Shown here piece after piece: positions 19,955-28,799 of a stretch of 64,000 nucleotides of DNA. Position 1 is the stretch's first letter; each line of letters begins with the position of its first letter. A program made the position numbers and the translations under genes. Below the pieces are notes generated by a model that saw only the letters and a list, made by a program, of their open reading frames with translations, had not been told where the DNA came from and ran no database searches. The stretch is taken from positions 9,080 to 73,079 of the forward strand of contig DASPMP010000019.1 in NCBI GenBank assembly GCA_035626995.1, in the 5' to 3' direction. Origin of the DNA: Gemmatimonadaceae bacterium (GTDB taxonomy: Bacteria; Gemmatimonadota; Gemmatimonadetes; Gemmatimonadales; Gemmatimonadaceae).

Positions 19955-22089
19955 CGTTCGACGCGCAGGACGTGTGCGACCTGGTCGGTGGGATCGAGAC
20001 GGACGTAGTTGCGTGGCCCCTGCCAGGTGAACCGTGCGCCACTGATCAGGTCGTGCACCACATACGGCTCGTCCGGGGCGATTCCCATCTGCTCGAGGGG
20101 AACATGCACCATCGTGGCCTGCGGATTCTTCGGGTCGAGGTTCACGGCGATCAGGACATCCGGATCATCGCTCGCCTCGATTGTGCTCGCGGCAACGGCC
20201 CGTGACGCCTGAGGCCTGACGCCCGGCGTGCCAGCCTTCCGATAGAAGAGAATCTGTTCGTTCTCGGACAGATGGAATGTGAGATTCCCGAACCGCTGTA
20301 GCGCCGGTGTTTCACGGCGCACGCGGTTCAGCAGCGTCACGTCTTCATTGATGTTGCCAGGCGCATTCCAGTCGCGCGGACGCAGCTCGTACTTCTCCGA
20401 GTTCATGTACTCTTCGCTTCCCGGCTTTACCGGCTCGTTTTCGATGAGCTCGAAGCCGGAGTAGATGCCATAGAGCGGCGACAGCGTTGCGGCGAGCACA
20501 AGACGCGCACGAAACGCGGGACGACCTCCCATGACGAGATACTCGTTGAGGATGTCCGGCGTGTTTGCAAAGAGGTTGCCGCGATAGTACTCGGTCACCG
20601 GCGGCGTATTCAGCTCCGTCATATAGTCGCTCAGGTCCCACGCCGCATTCTTCCAGGTGAAGTACGTGTACGACATGGTGAAGCCGAGCTTGGCGAGGCT
20701 CTTCATGCGCTTCGGCCGCGTGAATGCTTCGGCGAAGAAGATGACGTCCGGGTACTCGCTCTGGACGTCCGCGATCACCCACTCCCAGAACGCCAGTGGC
20801 TTGGTGTGGGGATTGTCGACGCGGAACGTTTTCACACCGTGCGACGCCCAGTACAGGAGAACGTCTCGACATGCTTCCCACAGCGCACGACGGTCCGCGC
20901 ACCAGAAATTGATCGGATAAATGTCCTGGTACTTCTTCGGCGGGTTCTCGGCGTACGCGATGGTTCCGTCTGGACGCTGGTGAAACCAGTCGGGGTGTTC
21001 CTTCACCCACGGGTGATCCGGCGAACACTGGAGCGCGTAGTCGAGTGCGACTTCGATGCTTCTTGCCTGTGCCGCATCGACGAACGCGTCGAAGTCCGCG
21101 ATCGTACCGAGGGCCGGCTCGATGGCATCGTGCCCTCCGTGCTCGTTGCCGATAGCCCATGGGCTGCCAACGTCGTTCGCCTCCGGAGTCAGCGTGTTGT
21201 TCTTTCCCTTCCGGAAGGTGCGACCGATCGGGTGAATCGGTGGCAGGTACACGACGTCGAACCCGAGCTTCGCAATACGATCGAGCTCACCGATGGCGGT
21301 GCGGAAGGTTCCGTGTTTTCCGGAACGATCGGTGGACCGCGGGAAGAACTCATACCACGAGGCGAATTGCGCGCGTTCGCGGTCCACGACGATGCTGAGC
21401 TCCCGCGCGTATCGGGTGAGGTCACGCGGCAGGTAGTTCTCGCGCATCAAGGTGGCGAGCTCCGGCTCGAGCGCGCGCCGCACGACCGCATCGCTCGGTG
21501 CGGTCTTCACACCATCGAAGGCCTTTGCCGATTGTGTCAGTGAGGCGCGTGCGGGGCCTCGCGTCGCGCGCCGCGCCGCGGCCTTCACGAGTTGCGCGGC
21601 TTCCATGAGCTCGACGTGCACGTCGACGCCGGCGTCCACTTTCTTGCGGAACCCGGCACGCCACGTCTCCCACACGTCGGTCCAGGCCTCGACCGTATAG
21701 TGCCACCGTCCCACGCGGTCGACCGTGAACTCCGCGAACCACCGATCGACATCGTTATCGAACTCCATCGGGACGGCGCGCGCAGCTTCACCGGGTGCGC
21801 GTACGACCAGGTGCGCTGCCAGCGTATCGTGGCCGTCCTTGATGACGTCGGCGCCCACACGCACGACATCGCCGACAATGCGCTTGACCGGATAGCGGCC
21901 GCAGTCCAGCTCCGGTGTGACGCATTCGATTGTGAGATGGGCCAGCCCGCGTGATGGCGAGCGTCGATCAGTCGTTCTGTCGGGCACGGGAGCGCTGGTT
22001 AATGCAAGAAAGCGGCCCCCTTGGGGGCCAGGGAAAAGGGAACGGGAAACGGGAAACGGGAAACACGAAGAGGATGGGGCTGTAGCCAA
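19951..22089 (-). CDS. glgE: Alpha-1,4-glucan:maltose-1-phosphate maltosyltransferase
   Basis: ELDCGRYPVKRIVGDVVRVGADVIKDGHD, VYLPPIHPIGRTFRKGKNN, GSPWAIGNEHGGHDAIEPALGT, FRVDNPHTKP, FFAEAFTRP. The start is uncertain: the ATG at 22089 reads through the heptad repeat, and an alternative GTG lies at 21985-21987. Confidence 0.9.
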
Positions 22090-22244
22090 AAGAAGATGGA
22101 CCCGGGAAAAGCGATAGGGTCAGGGATGGGGATGTTTATCTATCCCCTCCCCCGACCCTTTCCCTTTTCCCGCTTCCCTGTCCCCTCTGTTCCCGTTCCC
22201 TGTTCCCTCTGTTCCCGTTCCCTGTTCCCTGTTCCCTGTTCCCT
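22024..22244. repeat. Inverted heptad-repeat element. The left arm is (GGGAAAC)n on the + strand; the right arm is (GTTCCCT)n, i.e. (AGGGAAC)n on the - strand; a central palindrome lies between them.
   Basis: 22024-22060 has six G3-5 tracts with 3-4 nt loops. 22144-22243 has 15 C3-5 tracts with 1-6 nt loops. The element fills the spacer between the Vgb-like gene stop and glgE. Confidence 0.9.
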
Positions 22245-23259
22245 ATGGTACCAGTGCCTTGATCTCCCGCGGGATGTTCATGCGCCCGATCGTGCCCGCA
22301 TCAGTCCCGAACCACAGTTCGCGAGTCGCACGGTTGAAGGTCATGTGTCGGATGACGTTCCGTCCCTGCGGCGTCAGGCTCTGCACCGGAATGTTCGCGA
22401 CCCACTGCCGGGTCTTCGTATCGAACGCGACCAGCTTGTTCGGGCTGACCCCCGTCTCCGCGATCCAGATGCGATCCTGGTCGTCCTGTGCGTGGGCGTA
22501 CGGCTGTGCCGCGGGACCGGATGGCATCGGGTATTCCGTGAACTTTCCGGTCTTCGGGTCGAGGTGATTCAGGAATCCACGATAATCGCCAAACCAGATC
22601 TGGCCATCCGCCGTGATTGCAATCCGGCGAGCCCGCATCCGCTCGTCGGGATGCACGAACTCCTTGTATTCCAGCGTCTTCGGGTCGATGGTCGCGATCT
22701 TGTTCGTCTGCCACAAGTTGAAGTACGGCCGATTGTTCTGGTCGATCACGACGCCATATGGATTCGTGCGCCCTTCCCCTGGCGGACGCCACAGCTTGAT
22801 CTCACCCGTCTTCGGATCGATGCGACCGATCCGCTGCGACTGCTGGGCGGTGAACCAGCCGACCCCGTTCTTGTCAAACAGCAAAGTGTGCGGGTCACGC
22901 ACGGTCGTATCCGGCATCATGAAGTTCTTCAGCTCGCCGGTTTCGGGATTCAGCTGGACGATGCGACCATTCCTGTTCCCCGTGAACCAGATGCCGCCGT
23001 TGGGATCCGTGACGATGTTGTGCGGGTTCGTCCCGGCGTCGATTTCGTAGCGCTTGAAGTCACCCGATTTCGCGTCGAGATAAGCGACATAGTTCCCCGT
23101 CTGTCCGACAAACCAAACTCTGCCCTTTGTGTCCATGATGGGATCGCGGGGGCGGGTGCGCTCCCACGGAACCGTGAATTCCTTTGGTTCGAGGGCATTG
23201 TCCTGGGCGCCGAGCGGCAACGCCAACACGCTAAGAGCAGCAACGCGAAGCACTTTCAT
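22243..23259 (-). CDS. Secreted seven-bladed beta-propeller protein, virginiamycin B lyase (Vgb)-like
   Basis: The start is taken at MKVLRVAALSVLALPLGAQ (signal peptide). About 40-aa blades repeat in the pattern G.(I/V)WF(T/V)...N.I..(L/I)D..TG..K.(Y/F)..P, as in streptogramin-lyase-type propellers. Confidence 0.75.
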   Translation of the reverse strand: MKVLRVAALSVLALPLGAQDNALEPKEFTVPWERTRPRDPIMDTKGRVWFVGQTGNYVAYLDAKSGDFKRYEIDAGTNPHNIVTDPNGGIWFTGNRNGRIVQLNPETGELKNFMMPDTTVRDPHTLLFDKNGVGWFTAQQSQRIGRIDPKTGEIKLWRPPGEGRTNPYGVVIDQNNRPYFNLWQTNKIATIDPKTLEYKEFVHPDERMRARRIAITADGQIWFGDYRGFLNHLDPKTGKFTEYPMPSGPAAQPYAHAQDDQDRIWIAETGVSPNKLVAFDTKTRQWVANIPVQSLTPQGRNVIRHMTFNRATRELWFGTDAGTIGRMNIPREIKALVP

Positions 23260-23410
23260 GATGTCCAACCCTGGCAGAGTGTCCGAATACCGTACGCATA
23301 GCCCTCGCAAAGCGCTATGCGTCCCATGAAACATTTGGGGCTTCCTGCGCCTAGTAAATAGCGCTTTGATTCATGAGACAGCCCTGTTCCGCACTACAGT
23401 TTCCCTTCAT

Positions 23411-24853
23411 ATGGTAGCCATGCACCTCCCACGCACCAGCATTGCCCTGCTTGGGCTTGCTCTGGCGTCACCGGTTGTCGCCCAGCGCGCACCGGCCCAG
23501 CCGGCCAGCCCGACCATCAACATCCCCTTCGAGCGGTTCACCCTGCCGAACGGGCTCACCGTCGTCCTGTCCCCCAATACCGCGACGCCTACCGTCGCCG
23601 TAGACGTGTGGTATCACGTCGGTTCGAAGAACGAAGCTCAGGGAAAGACCGGCTTCGCACACATGTTCGAGCATGTGATGTTCACGGGTTCCGGAAACAT
23701 CGCGTACGGGTTGCACGACCGTCTGACGGAGGGGGTTGGCGGCAACAACAACGGCTCGACGAACGAAGACCGGACAAACTATTACGAAAACGTCCCGTCC
23801 AACTATCTCGAGACCGCGCTGTGGCTCGAGTCGGACCGCATGGGATTCCTCCTGGACAAACTGGATTCGGCGAAGTTCGTGGCGCAGCGGGAGATCGTGC
23901 AGAATGAGCGCCGCCAGGGAATCGACAACCAGCCGTACGGCCGTGCCGGCGAGATCCTCACCCACGGGTTGTATCCCGAGACGAATCCGTACTCCTGGCC
24001 AGTCGTCGGCTACATGACCGACCTGCAGGCGGCGACCGTCGAAGACGTGAAGAACTTCTTCCGCACGTATTACGCGCCGGGCAATGCGACGATCGCGATC
24101 GTTGGCGACTTCGATCCGACGCAGGCGAAGGCGCTCGTGACGAAGTATTTCGGTGACCTGCCCAAGGGGCGCCCGTTCACGCGTCCGGCCGCCAAGCCTC
24201 CGATGCTGACCACTGAGAAGCGCATGGTGTTCGAGGACCGCGTCCAGGTTCCGCGCCTCTACATCGCATGGCCAACGGTCGGCGTGAAGGAAACGGACTC
24301 CCATGCCCTGACCGTCCTCACGTCCATCCTTACGGGCTCGCGTACCGCGCGACTGACAAAAGGACTCGTCTACGACCGACAGTCCGCGGCCAACGTCGGC
24401 GCATTCCAGTCATCGAACGAGCAACTCGGTGACTTCACCATGATCATCACGCCGAGGCCGGGGAATACGCTGACGCAGCTCGAAGCGTCCGCTGATTCCA
24501 TCATCTCCCGGCTCAAGTTCGAAGGGCCGACGGCTGAGGAAATGGCGCGTGCGCTCGCGGGGATCGAGTTCAACTTCGTCGCGGGGCTCCAGTCCAATCT
24601 TGGAAAGGCGGAAATCCTCAACAGCGGCTCCGTCTACTTCAACGACCCGGGCCACTACCGGACGAACTACGCGCGGCTCAAGGGCGTAACCGCGGCTGAC
24701 GTCAAGCGCGTCGCGAACACCTACCTCGGCGCCGGGCGCGTCGTCCTGAGCGTCGTCCCCGAAGGCAAGACAGATCTCGCGGCGAAGTCGCAGGCGAGCA
24801 GGAAAGTCACGGTCGCGCCTGACGGCGGACACTACATCGTGGAGTCCAAATGA
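23411..24853 (+). CDS. M16 family zinc peptidase, catalytic subunit
   Basis: Inverted zinc motif HMFEH (HxxEH) in GFAHMFEHVMFTGS, plus downstream NGSTNEDRTNYYE. Signal peptide MHLPRTSIALLGLALASPVVAQ. An alternative ATG lies at 23420. Confidence 0.88.
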   Translation: MVAMHLPRTSIALLGLALASPVVAQRAPAQPASPTINIPFERFTLPNGLTVVLSPNTATPTVAVDVWYHVGSKNEAQGKTGFAHMFEHVMFTGSGNIAYGLHDRLTEGVGGNNNGSTNEDRTNYYENVPSNYLETALWLESDRMGFLLDKLDSAKFVAQREIVQNERRQGIDNQPYGRAGEILTHGLYPETNPYSWPVVGYMTDLQAATVEDVKNFFRTYYAPGNATIAIVGDFDPTQAKALVTKYFGDLPKGRPFTRPAAKPPMLTTEKRMVFEDRVQVPRLYIAWPTVGVKETDSHALTVLTSILTGSRTARLTKGLVYDRQSAANVGAFQSSNEQLGDFTMIITPRPGNTLTQLEASADSIISRLKFEGPTAEEMARALAGIEFNFVAGLQSNLGKAEILNSGSVYFNDPGHYRTNYARLKGVTAADVKRVANTYLGAGRVVLSVVPEGKTDLAAKSQASRKVTVAPDGGHYIVESK

Positions 24854-26373
24854 ACATAACCTCGGCGCTTGGGCCTCGGCCCTCGGCTCTCGGCTCTCGG
24901 CTCTCGGCGATGCTGATCCTGGTCATTGCTGTGGCACCTCTCAGCGCGCAGCAGCGGCAGGCGGCGACGCCGGCACGTCCGCGAACGGTGGCGATCGATC
25001 GCACCAAGCAGCCCACGCCCGCGAAATCTCCCGAGCTGAAGGTGCCCGCGTGGACGAAGATGCGGCTCTCCAATGGTGCCGAACTGGTGGTATCCGCCAA
25101 GCGCGACCTGCCACTGGTATCGGTGTCGATAAACTTCCTCGGCGGCGCGAATCAGTTCGAGGACGCGGCAAAGCTTGGCGTCGCGTCGTTCACGACATCG
25201 ATGCTCAACGAGGGCACGACGTCACGCAGCGGTGACCAGCTCGCCGACGCGCAGCAGTTGCTGGGCACTCGAATCACCGCGAACGTCGGCGACGAGAGCG
25301 GCAGCATCGGCTTCACCGCGCTGAGCGACAAGCTCGAGCCCGCGCTCGATCTCCTGGCCGACATGATGCTGAACCCTGTGTTCCCGGCGCAGGGACTCGA
25401 GCGCCTTCGCGCCCAGCGCCTCGTTTCGCTGACGCAGGCAAAGGATCAGCCGGGCGCGATCGCGAACAATGTCTTCTCGAAGGTCGTGTACGGCGATGAA
25501 CACCCGTACGGGCGGGTTGTGAACGAACAGACGACGCGTGCGATCACGCGCGAGGATGTCGTCGCATTCCATCGCGAGTACTTCAAGCCCGGCCGCGCGA
25601 GCATCACCGTTGTTGGTGACGTGGATCCCGCGCGCGTGAAGGCGGCCTTCGAGAAAGCCTTCGCGAACTGGAGTGCTGGTGGTGAGAAACCCGCGTTTAC
25701 GTATCCGCCAGCACCGGCATCGAAGTCCACGACCATCTACCTCGTCGACAAGCCGAAGGCTGCGCAGTCCGTCATCAACATCGGCCTGCCAGGTCCGTCG
25801 CGCGATACGCCGGACTATTACGCGATCAGCGTAATGAACCACATCCTCGGCGGGCTGTTCCAGTCGCGACTCAATCACCTGATTCGTGAGGTGAAGGGCT
25901 ACAGCTACGGCGTGGGCTCGGGCTTCAGCTATGGACGCGGACCGGGCGCGTTCTCCGCGGGCGGTGACATCGTCTCGGAGAAGACCGACAGCGCATTGAT
26001 CGACTTCATGAACGAGCTGCGTGGCGTGCAGGGTTCTAAGCCGTTCACGGAAGATGAGATCAAGCAGGGGAAGGAGTCGCTGATCCAGAGCCTGCCGCGT
26101 CGCTTCGCGTCGGTTGACGGGGTCAATGGCGCGATTTCGGGACTGTACGTGAACGACCTGCCCGAGTCATACTATCAGGAGTATGCCGCAAAGATCGAGG
26201 CGGTGACGCCCGACGACCTGCAGCGCGTGGCGAAGAAGTACATCGACCTGAACAACCTCAATATCGTGATTGTCGGTGATCGCGCGACGATCGAGGAGTC
26301 GCTGCGGAAGACTGGCATCGCTCCCATCGTCATCCTGGATATCGAGGGCAAGCGGGTTCCGGCGACGCCGTGA
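24850..26373 (+). CDS. M16 family peptidase, non-catalytic partner subunit (no HxxEH)
   Basis: 507-aa ORF, homologous in layout to the upstream M16 gene but lacking the zinc motif. The ATG at 24850 overlaps the upstream stop (ATGA). The signal peptide MLILVIAVAPLSAQ starts at the second ATG (24910), after the repeat-encoded 20 aa. Confidence 0.85.
   Translation: MNITSALGPRPSALGSRLSAMLILVIAVAPLSAQQRQAATPARPRTVAIDRTKQPTPAKSPELKVPAWTKMRLSNGAELVVSAKRDLPLVSVSINFLGGANQFEDAAKLGVASFTTSMLNEGTTSRSGDQLADAQQLLGTRITANVGDESGSIGFTALSDKLEPALDLLADMMLNPVFPAQGLERLRAQRLVSLTQAKDQPGAIANNVFSKVVYGDEHPYGRVVNEQTTRAITREDVVAFHREYFKPGRASITVVGDVDPARVKAAFEKAFANWSAGGEKPAFTYPPAPASKSTTIYLVDKPKAAQSVINIGLPGPSRDTPDYYAISVMNHILGGLFQSRLNHLIREVKGYSYGVGSGFSYGRGPGAFSAGGDIVSEKTDSALIDFMNELRGVQGSKPFTEDEIKQGKESLIQSLPRRFASVDGVNGAISGLYVNDLPESYYQEYAAKIEAVTPDDLQRVAKKYIDLNNLNIVIVGDRATIEESLRKTGIAPIVILDIEGKRVPATP
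24861..24909. repeat. Seven tandem heptads, CTCGGCY (complement of GCCGAGR)
   Basis: ctcggcg cttgggc ctcggcc ctcggct ctcggct ctcggct ctcggcg, lying between the two M16 cistrons. Confidence 0.95.
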
Positions 26374-26374
26374 T

Positions 26375-26468
26375 GAGGGGTTGAGAGCTTGAGGGTTTCC
26401 AGGGTTTCAGTGATTCAAGGTTTCCGGAAATCCCTAAAACCCTGAATCCTTCAAACCCTGACCTTTTG
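26375..26468 (+). terminator. Imperfect long hairpin built from AGGGTTTC-type units and their complement (AAACCCT), followed by a T-run. Likely terminator of the M16 operon.
   Basis: The left arm ..cttgagggtttccagggtttcagtgattcaaggtttccgg pairs with the right arm ccctaaaaccctgaatccttcaaaccctg (about 21/28 matches by eye), then accTTTTga. It starts 2 nt after the TGA at 26371-26373. Confidence 0.6.
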
Positions 26469-26527
26469 ATGGCTGCCACTTCCCGGTCCCGATAGTAAAT
26501 TCGCCACTCCTTCAACCCAAACAGGTC

Positions 26528-27346
26528 ATGTTGCGTCGTTCCATCCTTTCCACAGTTGCGCTGGTCGTCATGTCCTCCGGTGCCGAGGCCCAGGCTCGCA
26601 CGGTGCTCGTCACCACCTCCGATTACGCATTCTCGGCGCCCGATTCCGTGGCTGCCGGTATCACGACATTCCAGCTCGTGAATCGCGGCCCCGAGCTGCA
26701 CCACATGCAGCTGATCCGCCTCGAGCAGGGGAAGACCTTCGCGGATTTCGGCGAAGCGATGAAGAATCCCGGACCACCTCCCGCGTGGGTGACGTTTCTT
26801 GGCGGCCCGAACGCCGGGATCCCCGATGGACGGGCGATGGTCACCGTCACCGCGACGCTGACGCCTGGCAACTACGTGCTGCTCTGCATGATCCCGAGTC
26901 CGGACGGCATGCCGCATTACCGAAAGAACATGGTAAAGCCCCTGAAAGTGACCGGGCGCGGCAATGTCGCGCAGGCCGGTGCTCCGACCGCCGACTACGT
27001 GATGACGTTGTATGACTACAACTTCGATATCGACAAGCCGGTCAAGGCGGGGAACCGCACCATCCTCATCAAGAACACCGCGAAGCAGTTCCACGAGGCG
27101 CTGATTGTGAAGCTGCCTCCGAACACTCCGGCGACGGCGTTTCTCGAATGGCTGCAGGGCGGCCAGAAGGGACCACCACCGGTGATTCCGATGGGTGGCA
27201 TCGTCGCGCTTACAGCTGGGCATGAAAACCTCGTGACGATGGACCTCGAGCCTGGTGAGTATGCGCTGTACTGCTTCCTCCCCGCGCCGGACGGCAAGGA
27301 GCACGTCCAGCACGGGATGTTCAAGCAGTTCACGGTCAGCCGATAG
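26528..27346 (+). CDS. Secreted protein with two tandem cupredoxin-like domains (putative copper-binding)
   Basis: Signal peptide MLRRSILSTVALVVMSSGAEAQ. Internal duplication: each half ends with C-x9-H-x4-M (LLCMIPSPDGMPHYRKNM and LYCFLPAPDGKEHVQHGM) and has an upstream His (ELHHM, QFHEA). Confidence 0.7.
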   Translation: MLRRSILSTVALVVMSSGAEAQARTVLVTTSDYAFSAPDSVAAGITTFQLVNRGPELHHMQLIRLEQGKTFADFGEAMKNPGPPPAWVTFLGGPNAGIPDGRAMVTVTATLTPGNYVLLCMIPSPDGMPHYRKNMVKPLKVTGRGNVAQAGAPTADYVMTLYDYNFDIDKPVKAGNRTILIKNTAKQFHEALIVKLPPNTPATAFLEWLQGGQKGPPPVIPMGGIVALTAGHENLVTMDLEPGEYALYCFLPAPDGKEHVQHGMFKQFTVSR

Positions 27347-27391
27347 CGCACACTACGACAGCATTGGAGTGAAAAACGCCAGCGGGGTCAG

Positions 27392-28282
27392 CTAGGCCTC
27401 CAGCTCCTCGATCCGCCGCGGCCAGTCCTGCTTGAGTAACCGGGACAGGCCGCGGTCGGCGAGCAGCTTGCCGTCTGTCTGGCAGCGAGGGCAGTAGTTC
27501 GTCTCGTTGTCCGCATAGCGGATGCGTTGCACGGCGGTGCCGCAGAGAGGACAGGGCTTTCCGTACTTCCCGTGGACGGCCATCTCCGGACGAAACGCGG
27601 TCACCTTCTCCGGGAATCCGTCGCCGACTTCGCGACGCATCCGCTCCACCCACTCGCGCAACACGTCCTGCGTCGCGGTGAACACCCGCGACATTTCCTC
27701 GTCGGTCATGCGCGAGGTCAGCTTCACCGGCGACAGTCGCGCGCGATGCAGGATCTCGTCCGAGTAGGCGTTGCCGATGCCGCTGAACAAGCGGGGGTCG
27801 GTGAGCGAACGTTTGATCGTGTGATTCTCAGACCGGAGTCGTTCGGTGAACTGCGCCTCGGTGATCGCGAGGGGCTCGAGCCCTCCACGCTCGAACTGGC
27901 GCAGTGCGTCAACGCCGCGGACGATGTGCAGCGACGCGCGCTTCTTTGTGCCCGCTTCCGTGAGCGTGAGCGTTCCTGAATCGAATACGAAGGTGGCCAG
28001 CACATTCCTATTGCGTGCAGGCCTGGCGATGCCGTGCGTCCACTTGAAGCGGCCGGCGATCATCAGGTGGATGACCACGAACAACTCGTCGTCCAGCTCG
28101 AACGCGATGCGTTTGCCCATGCGGCGCAGCGTGCGGACTGTTGCGCCACCCACCGACTGGAGCGGCGGATCCACGGTTCGAAGGAGAAATGGCGTGTGAA
28201 CGTCGAGCGCGATGAGCGTGTGTCCCACGACGCGTCGCTCCAGCGCCTCGATATAGATGGTGATGTCAGGAAGCTCAGGCAT
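27392..28282 (-). CDS. Fpg/Nei family DNA glycosylase / AP lyase
   Basis: N-terminal MPELPD (catalytic Pro2/Glu3). H2TH region. C-terminal zinc finger CPLCGTAVQRIRYADNETNYCPRCQ. Confidence 0.88.
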   Translation of the reverse strand: MPELPDITIYIEALERRVVGHTLIALDVHTPFLLRTVDPPLQSVGGATVRTLRRMGKRIAFELDDELFVVIHLMIAGRFKWTHGIARPARNRNVLATFVFDSGTLTLTEAGTKKRASLHIVRGVDALRQFERGGLEPLAITEAQFTERLRSENHTIKRSLTDPRLFSGIGNAYSDEILHRARLSPVKLTSRMTDEEMSRVFTATQDVLREWVERMRREVGDGFPEKVTAFRPEMAVHGKYGKPCPLCGTAVQRIRYADNETNYCPRCQTDGKLLADRGLSRLLKQDWPRRIEELEA

Positions 28283-28756
28283 CTACAGCCAGCGCCGGAC
28301 CTGCCGCGTGTACGTGATGTATTCGTCGCCGAATGTCGCTGTGAGAAACGCTTCCTCGCGAGTGATGACCAGCCTTGTCAGTGCAATGAGCACGAATGGC
28401 AGGACGATGATCGGCCACGGGGAATTCACGACAAGCGATGCGCCCAGGTAGCCGAGGGTCATCCCGACGTACATCGGATTGCGTGTGAACCGGTACGGGC
28501 CATCACGAACAATCGCCGTCGATGCCCGGAACGGCAGGATCGTGGTCTTCGCGCGACGGAAGACGGACACTCCCCAGAACGCCAGTGCGGTGCCGAGAAT
28601 GAGAAGGGCAATTCCGATCATGCGCACGTCGCGCGCGTCGCCGGCGATGTTGATGGCGATCCAGAAACGGTGTAGCAGATACCCAGCCACGAATCCTGTC
28701 GCGAAGAGCAGCGGCGGAGCGACGTGGATATCGGGTCGGTGTGACTGTTCATTCAC
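28283..28756 (-). CDS. Membrane methyltransferase of the ICMT/PEMT family
   Basis: 157 aa with about 4 TM segments. Signature DGPYRFTRNPMYVGMTLGYLG ... EEAFLTATFGDEYITY. Confidence 0.8.
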   Translation of the reverse strand: MNEQSHRPDIHVAPPLLFATGFVAGYLLHRFWIAINIAGDARDVRMIGIALLILGTALAFWGVSVFRRAKTTILPFRASTAIVRDGPYRFTRNPMYVGMTLGYLGASLVVNSPWPIIVLPFVLIALTRLVITREEAFLTATFGDEYITYTRQVRRWL

Positions 28757-28799
28757 CGCTGTTCTCCTGTCTTACGCCGTAAAGCTGAGGCCGAGGCTG

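Noticed and set aside
21988-22089. N-terminal 34 codons of the longest glgE ORF
   Set aside because: This stretch is partly encoded by the GGGAAAC repeat (..CFPFPVSRSLFP..) and is not GlgE-like. The true start may be the GTG at 21985-21987. I kept the long coordinates in the feature but flagged the uncertainty.
22021-23301. 426-aa + strand ORF beginning in the heptad repeat
   Set aside because: It is antisense to the Vgb-like propeller gene, which has a signal peptide and regular blade repeats. The N-terminus of the + ORF is just translated repeat.
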